Below are positions 8,234 through 19,900 of a DNA stretch of 64,000 bases, piece by piece. Both the position numbers and the translations under genes were made by a program. This DNA comes from a virus. Within the stretch, counting starts at the first letter, position 1, and every line of letters begins with the position of its first letter. The notes below the pieces were generated by a model. That model searched no databases. It had not been told where the DNA came from and saw only the letters and a program-made list of their open reading frames with translations. The stretch spans positions 1-64,000 of the IMG/VR virus record IMGVR_UViG_3300025132_000022, one strand, 5' to 3'.

Positions 8234-8503
8234 TCATAGAATCTTTATTACTACAGCACTAGCAAGACCTATCACAGCAGTGAACAACGTCCAAATGACC
8301 CTTGATGAAGATTCCTTCCAAGACTCCAGGGCCCTTATGCGGGCATATAATCCTTCGTCTGGATTGTAGACTGCTTCCTTGATCTTGCCTACGTTCTCCA
8401 TCATCTCATCTTGTCGGTCCTTAACTGCTTCAACTGCCAAACACAACTTATCTAGTTTCCTAGTTAACTCAAGTATTAAGTCCCTATCAAGATCATTAGA
8501 CAT
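8234..8503 (-). CDS. coiled-coil plus C-terminal TM protein (XhlA/holin-like)
   Basis: Heptad pattern, RIRALE, terminal TM helix; CTANTTA motif at 8531-8537. Confidence 0.6.
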   Translation of the reverse strand: MSNDLDRDLILELTRKLDKLCLAVEAVKDRQDEMMENVGKIKEAVYNPDEGLYARIRALESWKESSSRVIWTLFTAVIGLASAVVIKIL

Positions 8504-8544
8504 TATAAACCCTCCGCAACGTCACTACTGTAAATAGTTCCACA

Positions 8545-10134
<1,590 letters not shown>

Positions 10135-10151
10135 TCACTTTGTATGGTTAT

Positions 10152-10180
10152 ATTATAATCAAGTGTACACTAGATGTCAA
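10152..10180 (-). promoter_or_regulatory. consensus sigma70 promoter for groEL
   Basis: TTGACA-17 nt-TATAAT exact; spacer is a near-perfect palindrome ATCAAGTGTACACTAGAT. Confidence 0.88.
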
Positions 10181-10186
10181 GTGTTT

Positions 10187-11230
10187 TTATAGAAGTTTAT
10201 TCGTTCTTTGTCTTAACTCTTCCGAATCTGAGGATGCTGCTAATCCTGCTGCGGAGTTGTTTTCTACAAAGTATGAGTTTACGTTGTTGGACAGTCTTTC
10301 GATGGTCTGATAAATGCCTGATAGATTTTCTCCGAGTTTACTCGCGTGCCTCTGGGCAACCTCTAGTAAGTCATTTCTTGATCCGAGGTTTATATTAGCA
10401 AAAGGTGCGTGCGCCTTCTTTGCATACTTTAAAGATAACCCAGGACTGTTGAGTGATTTTACATCGTAGTCACCTCTCAGAGAATTTAAATCGAAATCGA
10501 GTTTTCCCATCTTCTCTTGTTGTAGTAAATTACGATAAAAAGCAGATCGCCTATCGTTGATACCAATGCTAAACTGGTGGAAACTCACAGAAATTACAGA
10601 TCCATCATCTGATCTTGACTTCAATCCTAGTAAGTATTGCATAGGTGCCTTGTTTTTTACGATGTCCCTAGCTAAGTTAGCAACTGAACCTTTGATGTAC
10701 TTATTTTCACCATCGAACATGAACTTAAGTGACATAGGTGTGTTACCTACCATTATATCGGTCACGTCCTGTTTTGGGCCACCTTTAGTGTCTATCTGTT
10801 TAGCATCACCTCCAGCAAGAGCAACCATCAAAGACTCAAACAAGAACCCACCCGTCTTGTCATTGTAGTCATCCATGACTGCGGCGAGCGACTCAAGAAA
10901 GACAAGATTCGCTAATGTTTCTCCCACGTCTTTTGAATTTACGCACGCCTTATCACACTCGTTCACAAAGTTAGAAAGACTGTTCAACTTTTCTTGCAAC
11001 GTATTACCAGCAATTCTCTTGGTAAACATCTCGATCACCGCTCTATCCTGAGATTCAGGTTTGCCCCACTTTTCAGATATTCTAAATTTAGGCAAGACAA
11101 CTGCAAATCTTTCTTGACTATCAGTATCCTTCGACAGCACGTCTGGAATCGAATCTCTATTACCGACGCGTTCAGAAATTGGTTTCCCTGCTTTGGCGAA
11201 CAACTCAACTAAAAGATCTAAATCATTCAT
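10187..11230 (-). CDS. hypothetical protein, possible PD-(D/E)xK-fold late protein
   Basis: GFLFE...VTD...SLK spacing; CTANTTA at 11275-11281 inside the clpP 3' end. Confidence 0.6.
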   Translation of the reverse strand: MNDLDLLVELFAKAGKPISERVGNRDSIPDVLSKDTDSQERFAVVLPKFRISEKWGKPESQDRAVIEMFTKRIAGNTLQEKLNSLSNFVNECDKACVNSKDVGETLANLVFLESLAAVMDDYNDKTGGFLFESLMVALAGGDAKQIDTKGGPKQDVTDIMVGNTPMSLKFMFDGENKYIKGSVANLARDIVKNKAPMQYLLGLKSRSDDGSVISVSFHQFSIGINDRRSAFYRNLLQQEKMGKLDFDLNSLRGDYDVKSLNSPGLSLKYAKKAHAPFANINLGSRNDLLEVAQRHASKLGENLSGIYQTIERLSNNVNSYFVENNSAAGLAASSDSEELRQRTNKLL

Positions 11231-11964
11231 AGATAATCGTCTGCGATACCGTATTTGATCGCTTCCTCTGCAGATAAATAGGCGTCAACATTGTTTGAAA
11301 GCAGTTTTTTAATCTTGCTTCTGGTCAACTTCGTGCAAGAACATAGGTAATCAAAATACATATCCTGCAATGCTTTTGTTTCTTTCATCTCATTCTCAAT
11401 ATTGGGGAATGATCCATGGTGTCCACTAATCACACTGTGAAGCATTACTCTACAGTTACGTCCGATCTTCCTACTGCCCTTTGTACCGCTTGCAAGTATA
11501 AGTACACCTGCTGACATGACCTTTCCAATGCCGATAGTTTCAATATCACAATCTTGCTTGATCGTTCCCATGATGTCGATAATGGAAAACATGTCGGAAA
11601 CAATACCGCCGTGTGTGGAAATATACATCTTAAATGGTTTCTTGACTTCCATCACGTTGCCATCCTCTGTCTCCACTACATCTCTCTTTGTGTGATCAAA
11701 GTACAACATTGCCTGAACAACCTCGGCTGCCATTCTCTCAGTGATGTCACCGTAGCAATTGATCGCTCTAATGTCATCCTTATCTGACTTGCCGTCGATG
11801 TTGTTTATGATGTAGATCGGTTGCTTACCTGTTTCGGCAATCTCGTCTGCAAAATCTTTTGCCAAATCCTCAAGGGTCTCGCCTTCTTTCTTCTTCTTTT
11901 TCTTTTTGGAGTATTCTCGTATTACAAATTCTCCGAAATTTTGATTAGATAACTTTTTTGGCAT
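11227..11964 (-). CDS. clpP: ATP-dependent Clp protease proteolytic subunit
   Basis: MYIS.HGG, G.VMSAG (Ser), RVMLH (His), VDAYLSAEEA.KYGIAD; Lys-run N-terminus. Confidence 0.9.
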   Translation of the reverse strand: MPKKLSNQNFGEFVIREYSKKKKKKKEGETLEDLAKDFADEIAETGKQPIYIINNIDGKSDKDDIRAINCYGDITERMAAEVVQAMLYFDHTKRDVVETEDGNVMEVKKPFKMYISTHGGIVSDMFSIIDIMGTIKQDCDIETIGIGKVMSAGVLILASGTKGSRKIGRNCRVMLHSVISGHHGSFPNIENEMKETKALQDMYFDYLCSCTKLTRSKIKKLLSNNVDAYLSAEEAIKYGIADDYL

Positions 11965-12241
11965 TGTAGACCCTCTCTTTGTTTGTAGGAGTTTTCTCCA
12001 CGATCCTGAATGGAAACCTTCTAAGGAAAGACTTCCACTTGTTATCGTCTTGAAATTTTCTCTGCAAGATCAAGATCGACTTCTTCTCTCTTGGACTGAA
12101 ACCTTCTGAGCATTCACTCCAATCATTTAATTCCTTAAGGAGTGTCTTAACTTTTCTCCCATCTTTGTACTTGAGTTGTATCCTGCACACAACAGTCTTG
12201 TCATCGTTGCGCGCTTCTCTCCATGCGACTATATCCATCAT
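11945..12241 (-). CDS. hypothetical basic protein
   Basis: ATG after AGGAG. Confidence 0.6.
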   Translation of the reverse strand: MMDIVAWREARNDDKTVVCRIQLKYKDGRKVKTLLKELNDWSECSEGFSPREKKSILILQRKFQDDNKWKSFLRRFPFRIVEKTPTNKERVYNAKKVI

Positions 12242-12246
12242 AACTC

Positions 12247-12597
12247 CTATGGTTTAAAATCTTTAAAATCTGTTTTTTGAAAATATCTGATGTAACTTTT
12301 TGGGGCCCCTTTCAAAATAATGGTTGAACACAAAACTCCCCAGTTCTGAATTATCTCATTCTGTGCGGATTGGTGTTTTTCTATCTCGTCTTCATCCATT
12401 CCAACACCCCGAAGGTGATCACTAGATATCTCAAGAGACTCTTTCAGGTGTCTTTGGAATTCACTGGATATTAGCAGAAAAGAGGCCATGATCTTTACGA
12501 TCATGTCTCTCTGTTCTTTTTGATTGGAGTAAGTGGAGAGTGCTCTCATGAGCACTGCTCCCATTACAAACCAAAATAGTGCGTAGGTTATTTCCAT
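12247..12597 (-). CDS. hypothetical membrane-anchored protein
   Basis: N-terminal TM; own sigma70 promoter, probably leaderless. Confidence 0.6.
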   Translation of the reverse strand: MEITYALFWFVMGAVLMRALSTYSNQKEQRDMIVKIMASFLLISSEFQRHLKESLEISSDHLRGVGMDEDEIEKHQSAQNEIIQNWGVLCSTIILKGAPKSYIRYFQKTDFKDFKP

Positions 12598-12604
12598 AGT
12601 TTAT

Positions 12605-12633
12605 ATACTACTATGTCCTTTCCGTGGGGTCAA
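12605..12633 (-). promoter_or_regulatory. sigma70-type promoter (leaderless transcript)
   Basis: TTGACC-17 nt-TAGTAT, ending 7 nt before ATG 12597. Confidence 0.6.
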
Positions 12634-12644
12634 GTAAAAAGTGA

Positions 12645-13355
12645 TTACTTTCTTTTGAGTGACTCTGCGATTCTCTTAGCAACTCTGCTTGCAATTCGCT
12701 CGGCGACCTCTTCAAGTTCTTCTTGGTCCACTTCATTGAGACCTTCTTCATCACCTTCCTCAAGAGCAGGTTCCTCTTCATCCATCTCTGGTTCAGCGTC
12801 CATCTCTGGTTCAGCGTCCATCTCTGGTTCTTCCTCGCCGTCAACTGCGCTCAAGATCTGGTCAAGAATATCACGAGCAGTTCTGAGTGAAGCAACATCA
12901 CCTTCTGGTACGTCAACCTCCACGTCCTGTCCGTCTTCTGGGCCCTCGTCTTCTAGACCTGGTTCTTCTGGCATTGGTTCCTCGGCACCCATCTCATCTT
13001 CTTCGGATGGAGGCATATCCATCTCTTCTTCGAGGTCTTCCTCGTTTACATCTTGAACAGTGGAGAAGTTACCTTTTCCGTCGCCCTTGCCGACTTTCTT
13101 TGGTACGCCAGGTTTCTTCTTGTCCTTATCGTGGTCGCTCATATCGTAAACGCCCTTGATTCCGCTGCCTTGTGGCGCTTTCATTTCGTCGACTTCTTCC
13201 TTGTCGTCCTCTTTCTTACCACGCATACCTTCGTCGAGATCTTCATCTTCCTCGAACATAAACGCTTTCTCGTGAATTGGTCTAAGTCCTGCAAGTTTCC
13301 AGAACCTCTTCGTTGTTGACTCATTTAAGAGTGCTTTCTTCTTATCATTTGACAT
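12645..13355 (-). CDS. very acidic protein, probable internal head/scaffold-like protein
   Basis: LNE..RF.KLAG N-terminus, many (L/I/V)xE sites, SD AAGGAG, CTANTTA at 13397-13403. Confidence 0.65.
   Translation of the reverse strand: MSNDKKKALLNESTTKRFWKLAGLRPIHEKAFMFEEDEDLDEGMRGKKEDDKEEVDEMKAPQGSGIKGVYDMSDHDKDKKKPGVPKKVGKGDGKGNFSTVQDVNEEDLEEEMDMPPSEEDEMGAEEPMPEEPGLEDEGPEDGQDVEVDVPEGDVASLRTARDILDQILSAVDGEEEPEMDAEPEMDAEPEMDEEEPALEEGDEEGLNEVDQEELEEVAERIASRVAKRIAESLKRK
12781..12830. repeat. 18-bp tandem repeat (about 2.8 copies) encoding EPEMDA
   Basis: tccatctctggttcagcg x2 + tccatctctggttc. Confidence 0.9.
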
Positions 13356-13426
13356 GTCATTCTCCTTATGAAAAACAAAATTTGTGTTAACAGTAATAAA
13401 TAGATTTCAAATTACCAAAAAGTAAA

Positions 13427-13705
13427 TTAAAATTCATCCTTCAAATCCGATACTTCTTTTTTATTTGATAGTTTTCTAAGCGCGTTTATTTCAATCTGTC
13501 GGACCTTCAAATAATTTATGTCCAATCTCTCCGCACACTCGTGAAGAGTTAGCCCCTTATCAGAACCATCCTTACCCTTTTCCTCAATTGAAATCAGGCA
13601 ACAATTATTCTCTTGCTTGTAGTCTATCCACATCCTACAATCCGTGTTGGGACAAGTCACTCGCTTTTCCTTGCATTTTTTTGCACACTCTGGTAAACAA
13701 CTCAT
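13427..13705 (-). CDS. Cys-rich protein with sigma70 region-4-like HTH
   Basis: LTL.ECAERL.I....VRQIE..ALRKL; seven Cys in the N-terminal half. Confidence 0.75.
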   Translation of the reverse strand: MSCLPECAKKCKEKRVTCPNTDCRMWIDYKQENNCCLISIEEKGKDGSDKGLTLHECAERLDINYLKVRQIEINALRKLSNKKEVSDLKDEF

Positions 13706-14040
13706 TATATTTCATCATCTCCTCTTTCAATCAGATCAAAGACAAAGTCAATATCCTGATCGGTGATCCCAAGATCCTGAAGGGTCTGATTTCCTTGTTT
13801 GATTTGTTCGTTTTGTTTAGTGATTTTCTTTTTTCCAATTTTACCTTTCTCCTGTTTGATCTTAGTAATGTATATCAATATGTTTGGGTCATTGTCGATG
13901 TATCCAGTGACCATAGACTTAAAAAAGTCTACTTGACTCAGACCATCTCTCCTAAGTTTGAGTCTCAATTCTGCGTGACGTTTGTCTGTGTCTGCAAAAG
14001 TGATTTTCTTATCTTCCTTACCGTACCTGTAATAACTCAT
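13705..14040 (-). CDS. hypothetical protein (possible ribbon-helix-helix-like)
   Basis: Likely start MSYYRYG (ATG 14040, ATGA overlap, AGGAG upstream); KKITF..TD..HA.L..KL..DGLSQ. Confidence 0.6.
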   Translation of the reverse strand: MSYYRYGKEDKKITFADTDKRHAELRLKLRRDGLSQVDFFKSMVTGYIDNDPNILIYITKIKQEKGKIGKKKITKQNEQIKQGNQTLQDLGITDQDIDFVFDLIERGDDEI

Positions 14041-14165
14041 CGAAAATATCGACTCCTGATATACTTGATGAAGTCTTGGAAGCAGTATAGAGTCACAACT
14101 ATTGCTGCCCAAATAACTGCTGCCATGACGGCCGTCGAGAATGTGTCCCAATTGTGTTGGATCAT
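14037..14165 (-). CDS. 42-aa single-TM peptide
   Basis: Own translation MIQHNWDTFSTAVMAAVIWAAIVVTLYCFQDFIKYIRSRYFR; SD GGAGG; ATGA overlap downstream. Confidence 0.65.
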   Translation of the reverse strand: MIQHNWDTFSTAVMAAVIWAAIVVTLYCFQDFIKYIRSRYFR

Positions 14166-14181
14166 ATTTACTTCCTCCACA

Positions 14182-15180
14182 TTACCCCCTCCTTAAGATG
14201 TGAGTGTTGCTCTCAATTTGGGACGCTGAAGATTGAACAATGAACTCAGACTTTGCCTGTAGTTGTGTTATGTTTCTCGCTCCAGAGTAGGACAGTCCCG
14301 ATCTGACATTTTGCAGAAGGTCTTGTACGATTTTGATAACACAACCCTTGTACGGAACTGTGGTAGATATACCCTCTAGAGATCTTGCCTCCCCTCGCCA
14401 CTCCTTCTGAGCTTCGACTGAGGCCATTCCTCTGTATACCTTATACTTCTTGTCGTCATTGCCCTGAAACACCTCTCCAGGACTCTGGTCTGTGCCCGCC
14501 AACATAGATCCGAGCATAACAAAGTCTGCACCTGCGGCGAGCGCTTTAACAATGTCGCCCGCTGTCTTTATTCCTCCGTCAGCAATGATAAGTGCGCCGT
14601 CCTCATAACTACACGTCAAGACGGACTCAAACGTCGGTACTCCGTGACCAGTTTGTATTCTGGTCGAGCAAATTGATCCGCCGCCGATTCCAACCCTTAC
14701 TGCGTCGGCACCCCACTCCGACAAAGCAAGATACCCCTTGGGTGTCGCAACGTTGCCAGCAATAAGATTGAGTCCTCTGCCCCACTTGTCTCTTATTGAC
14801 TTAAGTGCCCTTTCAACCAATGTATGGTGCCCATGGGCAACATCAAGACAGAAGGTGATCACTCCTGCATCGTTGTTGAGAAATTCTATTCTCTGCATAT
14901 AGTCGTCCGTGACTCCGACAGCGGCCGCTGCAGAAAATGGTGTCATTTTTGATTGCTCCACCATGTCGCAGTACCTGTGTGTCACCGCAAGTCCGCCCAT
15001 CTCACCAAAGGTTGATGCCATCTCTAGACCCGTGACGGTATCCATTGGACTAGAGATTATGGGCATGGCGAGACTGCAGGAACCGAGATCCCTAGATAGG
15101 TCTATCTCGGACCTCGACTCTATATCGCTGTATTGTGGCACTAACAACACATCATCAAAACTATACGTCTGCCTTTTCAT
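14182..15180 (-). CDS. guaB: IMP dehydrogenase / GMP reductase family (no CBS domain)
   Basis: [49 protein letters not shown]; IMPDH versus GMPR not resolved. Confidence 0.88.
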   Translation of the reverse strand: MKRQTYSFDDVLLVPQYSDIESRSEIDLSRDLGSCSLAMPIISSPMDTVTGLEMASTFGEMGGLAVTHRYCDMVEQSKMTPFSAAAAVGVTDDYMQRIEFLNNDAGVITFCLDVAHGHHTLVERALKSIRDKWGRGLNLIAGNVATPKGYLALSEWGADAVRVGIGGGSICSTRIQTGHGVPTFESVLTCSYEDGALIIADGGIKTAGDIVKALAAGADFVMLGSMLAGTDQSPGEVFQGNDDKKYKVYRGMASVEAQKEWRGEARSLEGISTTVPYKGCVIKIVQDLLQNVRSGLSYSGARNITQLQAKSEFIVQSSASQIESNTHILRRG

Positions 15181-15433
15181 TTATTTCCTTCCCTATTTCC
15201 TTAACGAGATTTGTTGCCTTGCTCCAGCAATCTGGACAATAAAGGTTTACTCGACCTTCTTTCTCTCTGACCACAACATTCCATGTTTTTACTTGTTCTT
15301 TATCCATCTTATCATAGGGCACGAAGCAAGTCAAGCAATGATCTGGCAGTTTGTCAAATAATCCAATCTTTACCTGCATATCCTTTTCAGACTGCTTCTT
15401 TCTCGCCCTCTTCAGTTTTCTCGTGGCACTCAT
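15161..15433 (-). CDS. hypothetical CxxC...CxxC zinc-finger protein
   Basis: CLTC and CPDC pairs. Confidence 0.65.
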   Translation of the reverse strand: MSATRKLKRARKKQSEKDMQVKIGLFDKLPDHCLTCFVPYDKMDKEQVKTWNVVVREKEGRVNLYCPDCWSKATNLVKEIGKEINEKADV

Positions 15434-15879
15434 GTGCCTGTAGATCCAAACCCGCCAGAACCACGAGAGGTAGAACTGCCATAGACATTGTCTTCTTCAA
15501 TTTCCAGCAGGGTGGGCTTTTCAATTCTCACAAAAACTCCCTGGGCGATTTTTTGACCAGGTTCGATATACTGAATTTCCTCACCTATGTTCTGGAGGTT
15601 TACGAAGATCTCTCCATCATACCCTTCGTCCACAACACAAGCACCCGTGATCAACTGTGTCTTGGTTGCGATGCCTGACTTGTTCATAATCTGAAGCATA
15701 CACCCTGGTGGCACCTCAACCTTAACGCCCGTCTCAAGCAATACGCTCTGTGATGGTTTGACCCTCGCAGCAACTCCCTCAGACGGTGCAAAAAAGAAGT
15801 CCATTCCTGCATCAGTTTTGTGTGCCCTTAGAGGTATGCTGGCACCTGGTCTCGTTCTATAAACTTTAACTTGTCTCAT
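15430..15879 (-). CDS. dut: trimeric dUTPase
   Basis: AGMD, KSG, VVDEGYDGEI, IAQ, RGSGGFGSTG. Confidence 0.95.
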   Translation of the reverse strand: MRQVKVYRTRPGASIPLRAHKTDAGMDFFFAPSEGVAARVKPSQSVLLETGVKVEVPPGCMLQIMNKSGIATKTQLITGACVVDEGYDGEIFVNLQNIGEEIQYIEPGQKIAQGVFVRIEKPTLLEIEEDNVYGSSTSRGSGGFGSTGT

Positions 15880-16259
15880 CTCATGATCTCCTCTGTGTCT
15901 CCGACGATAACTCTCTTCAGTCCTTCGTCTCGTTTTATACTAAATGCAATCGCTCGCAACTGCTTGGGTTTTGCTGGGTCCATATCGTTCACCAGGTACC
16001 TTGGGCCCCTCTCTATACCCATAACCAATTTATCCCAAGGTACGCCATTCAAGAGCAACTCCTTTACGGTGTGGTCTCTGTACTCCTCTGGTCTCGCAGT
16101 GGTGAGCACGATCATACATCCGTCCCTCTTCCATCTCTTGAGTTGCCCTAGAGCATGTGGCGTGAACTCTGCCTTAGAGGTCTTCAGGGTTTCAAACTTA
16201 CGATACTTGAATATGGTTCCATCTATATCACAAAAAACAGTTCTATTCTTTACAGTCAT
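15876..16259 (-). CDS. HAD-superfamily phosphatase (PNKP-phosphatase-like)
   Basis: DIDGT, TTAR, LVND motifs. Confidence 0.85.
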   Translation of the reverse strand: MTVKNRTVFCDIDGTIFKYRKFETLKTSKAEFTPHALGQLKRWKRDGCMIVLTTARPEEYRDHTVKELLLNGVPWDKLVMGIERGPRYLVNDMDPAKPKQLRAIAFSIKRDEGLKRVIVGDTEEIMR

Positions 16260-16906
16260 GCTTTACAGATACCCTCATTTAGGTCGCGCTCATCCAACAA
16301 AGTGTAAGTGAACTTGTTTCCGTACCTTTCGGAGGCGTCCTCGCATGTCTCCATGAACTCTGCGAAGTCCATACTGCTCTGGAACACCTGGCATCCTGCC
16401 GAGGAACCGCCAGTGTTGACTCTAGCGTCCGAACCACGATGTTTGTGAATGTTTATGCCATACCAACCTTCGTCCTCTGGTCCGTGATAGTCTGGTGTTG
16501 CATCCCTATTGTTGTCTCTCCACACACTCACCTTGCCGCCTCTCTGACAGAGTGCAACGTGCCCCTTTTCACTGCTGCCATGCCAGTCGATCTTGTAGGT
16601 GCTTCTGTACTGTCCAGGCACCAAGATTGCGGTTCCCTTATGTTGTACCGCTTTCAGGGGTCGCTTCAAGATAGAGACGCCTGGTTCGGTAGTCACGGGA
16701 TAAATGTCGGCAACCCACTCTCCATCTACCTTGTAGATGACATTGATTGAGTCGTCGAACTTTGACGCGTCACCAGAGTCGTTACGAACTCCAATGATGT
16801 TTAAGTTGAGATCTCCGTTCTCAAAAAATGCATAACCCTTATTGATTAATGCCTGTTTATATTGATCTGCCATCATCTTGGCAGCAAATCCTGTTAATTT
16901 AGCCAT
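16256..16906 (-). CDS. L,D-transpeptidase-fold (YkuD-like) protein, possible endolysin
   Basis: TT.PG, GINIH...SAGCQV His/Cys dyad pattern. Confidence 0.6.
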   Translation of the reverse strand: MAKLTGFAAKMMADQYKQALINKGYAFFENGDLNLNIIGVRNDSGDASKFDDSINVIYKVDGEWVADIYPVTTEPGVSILKRPLKAVQHKGTAILVPGQYRSTYKIDWHGSSEKGHVALCQRGGKVSVWRDNNRDATPDYHGPEDEGWYGINIHKHRGSDARVNTGGSSAGCQVFQSSMDFAEFMETCEDASERYGNKFTYTLLDERDLNEGICKA

Positions 16907-16917
16907 TGTGTTTCCTC

Positions 16918-19900
16918 CTATGCTAATATTCTAAAAGATTTTCTTACTGATCTCGTACTGAATCCCCATTGTGCATCCCATTGCAACCTTGCCATATAGG
17001 GTCTGTTAACGTAGATCTTGTCCTTGTCTGGATCGACTCCCCAACACTTGATAGTATTTTCCTCAGAGTTTGAATCGATAACCTTAACTACATAAAACAA
17101 TTTACCATTTTTTGTCTTCTTTTGCAAGACTTCTCTCGGAATAAACCAACAAACTTGCAACTCTGTATCAAATTCTGAGATTGCAGGTATCATCAGTTCG
17201 TCAATCCTGTGCTGTAACTGTTCTGTCACCACAGTGCTCATTGGAAATATCCCAACAAGGTCAACGAGGTACTGTAGTTTCTCCCCTTCTGTCAAGTCTC
17301 CTTCATTTTCGAACTTCTCAATATTTTCTAGAAGATTCTTCTCTTTTCGAGGTCTTTCAACCGCCACAGCAGACCAAAAATGCTTGAGTCCCGTAAACCT
17401 CTCGTCCATAAGACAGTTAAGTGCCTGACTCAAACAAAGGGCGGAGACTGCTTTCTTGTTCAACTTGGAGTACTTTATGTTTTCATTAAACAGGAAGTCT
17501 TCTATTTTCTTGAACGGCCTGTGATCCATTATCTGCTCGATAGCGGTTGTACCCAGTCCCTTGATGGAAGACAGTGGTTGAATCAGAGTCTTACCATCTT
17601 CACTAATCTCCCACCTGACCCCAGAAGTGTTAACATTCAGAGGTTCAATTCTGTATCCATAAGACTTAGCAACATTGATGGCCCGCTCCTTGCGCTTATC
17701 AGGTTCCTTGTCGAGGAACGCTGCTAACCAACACTCTGGATAATAGTGTAAAAGATAAGCACATTGAAAAGAAAGCACGCAATAGGAGACAGCGTGAGAT
17801 TTATTAAAACCGTAACCAGAAAAGTACTCGAACTTACCCCACAACTCCTTAGTTTCATGTTGCTTCATTCCTTTCTCTAGACAACCTCGTCTAAACTTAT
17901 CATAGATTTTGTCCATCTCTACTTGGGCAGATCCTGTGCCCTTCTTGGTTAGGAGTTTTCTTAACTTGTTACCCTCATCAAGCGACAGGTTCTTGCCAAG
18001 TTTGTGGGCAAGCATTGCAATCTGCTCTTGAAAGATGAGGAAACCATACGTCTCTTCAGTAATGTCCCTAACGTAATCATTAAGGTACTCTACATCTTCA
18101 GGATTCTCTTTAGCCCCGATGTACATCTTGTCAACGCCTGCAGATAGTGGACCAGGACGGTATATAGAAGTAATGGCAGCAAGGTCTGTAATATTATTCG
18201 GTCTAGCATTCTTACAAAATGACTGCGCTCCACCTTCCGTAAATTGGAAGATCCCTGCCCACTTTCCTTCATGGAATACATTTTCCCATACCTCCTTGTC
18301 ATCGAGATTAATCTTCTCTGGGTGTAGGTTCATCTCGTAAAACGTCTTTATGTCTTCAAACGTAGGATTCTCAAAACCCTCATACCTAACTAGTACGTGC
18401 CTGATTGCATCTTCCATCATGCGCAAAGACGCCAATCCCAAGATGTCGAACTTAATAAACCCCATCGGTTCAAGGTGCCTTACATTCTGACCTTCTGACC
18501 AAGGTGTTTGCCGAACGCCGCCTGAGTTGATAAGAGGCATCCACTCGTTTAAATTCTCACCGACAACGACTCCGCCAGCGTGTCTTGATGCTGACCTGGT
18601 TTGTCCATAAAGAGTGTTGACGTGAGTCTTGACGTCTGGATACTTCTCCAAGAAGTCCTGAAGTGTTTCCGAGTACTCCATCAACTCTTCAAATGTTGGA
18701 TTATATACACCCGCTGTGATGCCATGTGCCTTCTTCGCCAGAGGAGTCGCCTCGTAAACCATCTTGTTAGTGACAGCATTCACCTCTGCAAAGGGTATTT
18801 TATAAAACTTTGAAATGTCTTTAACGAGTGATCTTAACTGTAGTGTGTTCCAGTTTGTAATCGGAACAACAACATCATCGCCCCACTCTTCAATAAGATG
18901 CTCTTTGAGAACCATTGGGTCAGAAACATCGTAATCGATATCAGGATAACCAGATCCGCCTTTTGTCAAAAAACGCTCAAATTGCAGTCCGTAACGGATC
19001 GGATCTACCTGTGTGATACCCAAGGCATAAGCAACCAGAGAACCCGCAGCAGAACCTCTTCCTGCGCCTGTTAACTGCATTCTCGTCGCTTCTTCGGCGA
19101 TCTTCTTCATGGTAAGAAAGTACTTACTAAACCCTCTATCCTCAATTACGTTTGCCTCGTATCTTAATCTTTCAATATAGTGTGGTTTATCAGCAAAACC
19201 CTTCTCTCTCGCGCCCTCGACGCACAATATCGCTAATGCTTGACCTGCAGTCTCTCCCTCTGGAACGACAAAGTCTGGAAGTCGAACTGTATTGTCTGGC
19301 ATGAAAGTTTCAATTCGCTCATGAGCAATGCTGTATGTTCTGGATATAGAGTTCATTATTAGGTTGTCGTCATACTCTACGCCGCACTCTTTTGAATACT
19401 TCTTATAACTCTCCCACATCTGATCTCCGTTCTTGGGGTAAAGTTCGTATCCAATCTCGTCTGTATCGACAGGCAGGTCTTCACTCATCCACTCCACCTT
19501 TCGTCCAAGGAAACCTAACCTCTTATAAAGTTCCCTATCCTTCCATGCGTCGGGAGAGTAGTAATGAGAATCTGCAGTTGAAATCAATTCAATACCAAAC
19601 TCATAATGCATCTGTATGATGAACTGATTCAAAGCGTGTTGCTCTGGTACATTATTCCATTGCAACTCCCCATACCATCTATCGCCAAAGATAGACTGCA
19701 TCTTTTGTGTAGTCTTCCTAAACGCATCGAGTACCGCGTCTTCACCAAATTCTATGTTTGCTCGATAATCAGTCGCATAGACACCACCTAAACAAGCCGA
19801 AGCGGCAATGACTCCCTCGCCATGCTTCTTTAACATGGCGTAGTCAATTCTTGGATAGCGATAGAAGTTATCGCCCGCATAAGACTTGGAGATCATCTTG

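Noticed and set aside
12781-12830. 18-bp direct repeats as a mini CRISPR array
   Set aside because: Contiguous with no spacers, and in-frame coding (EPEMDA); no cas genes in the window.
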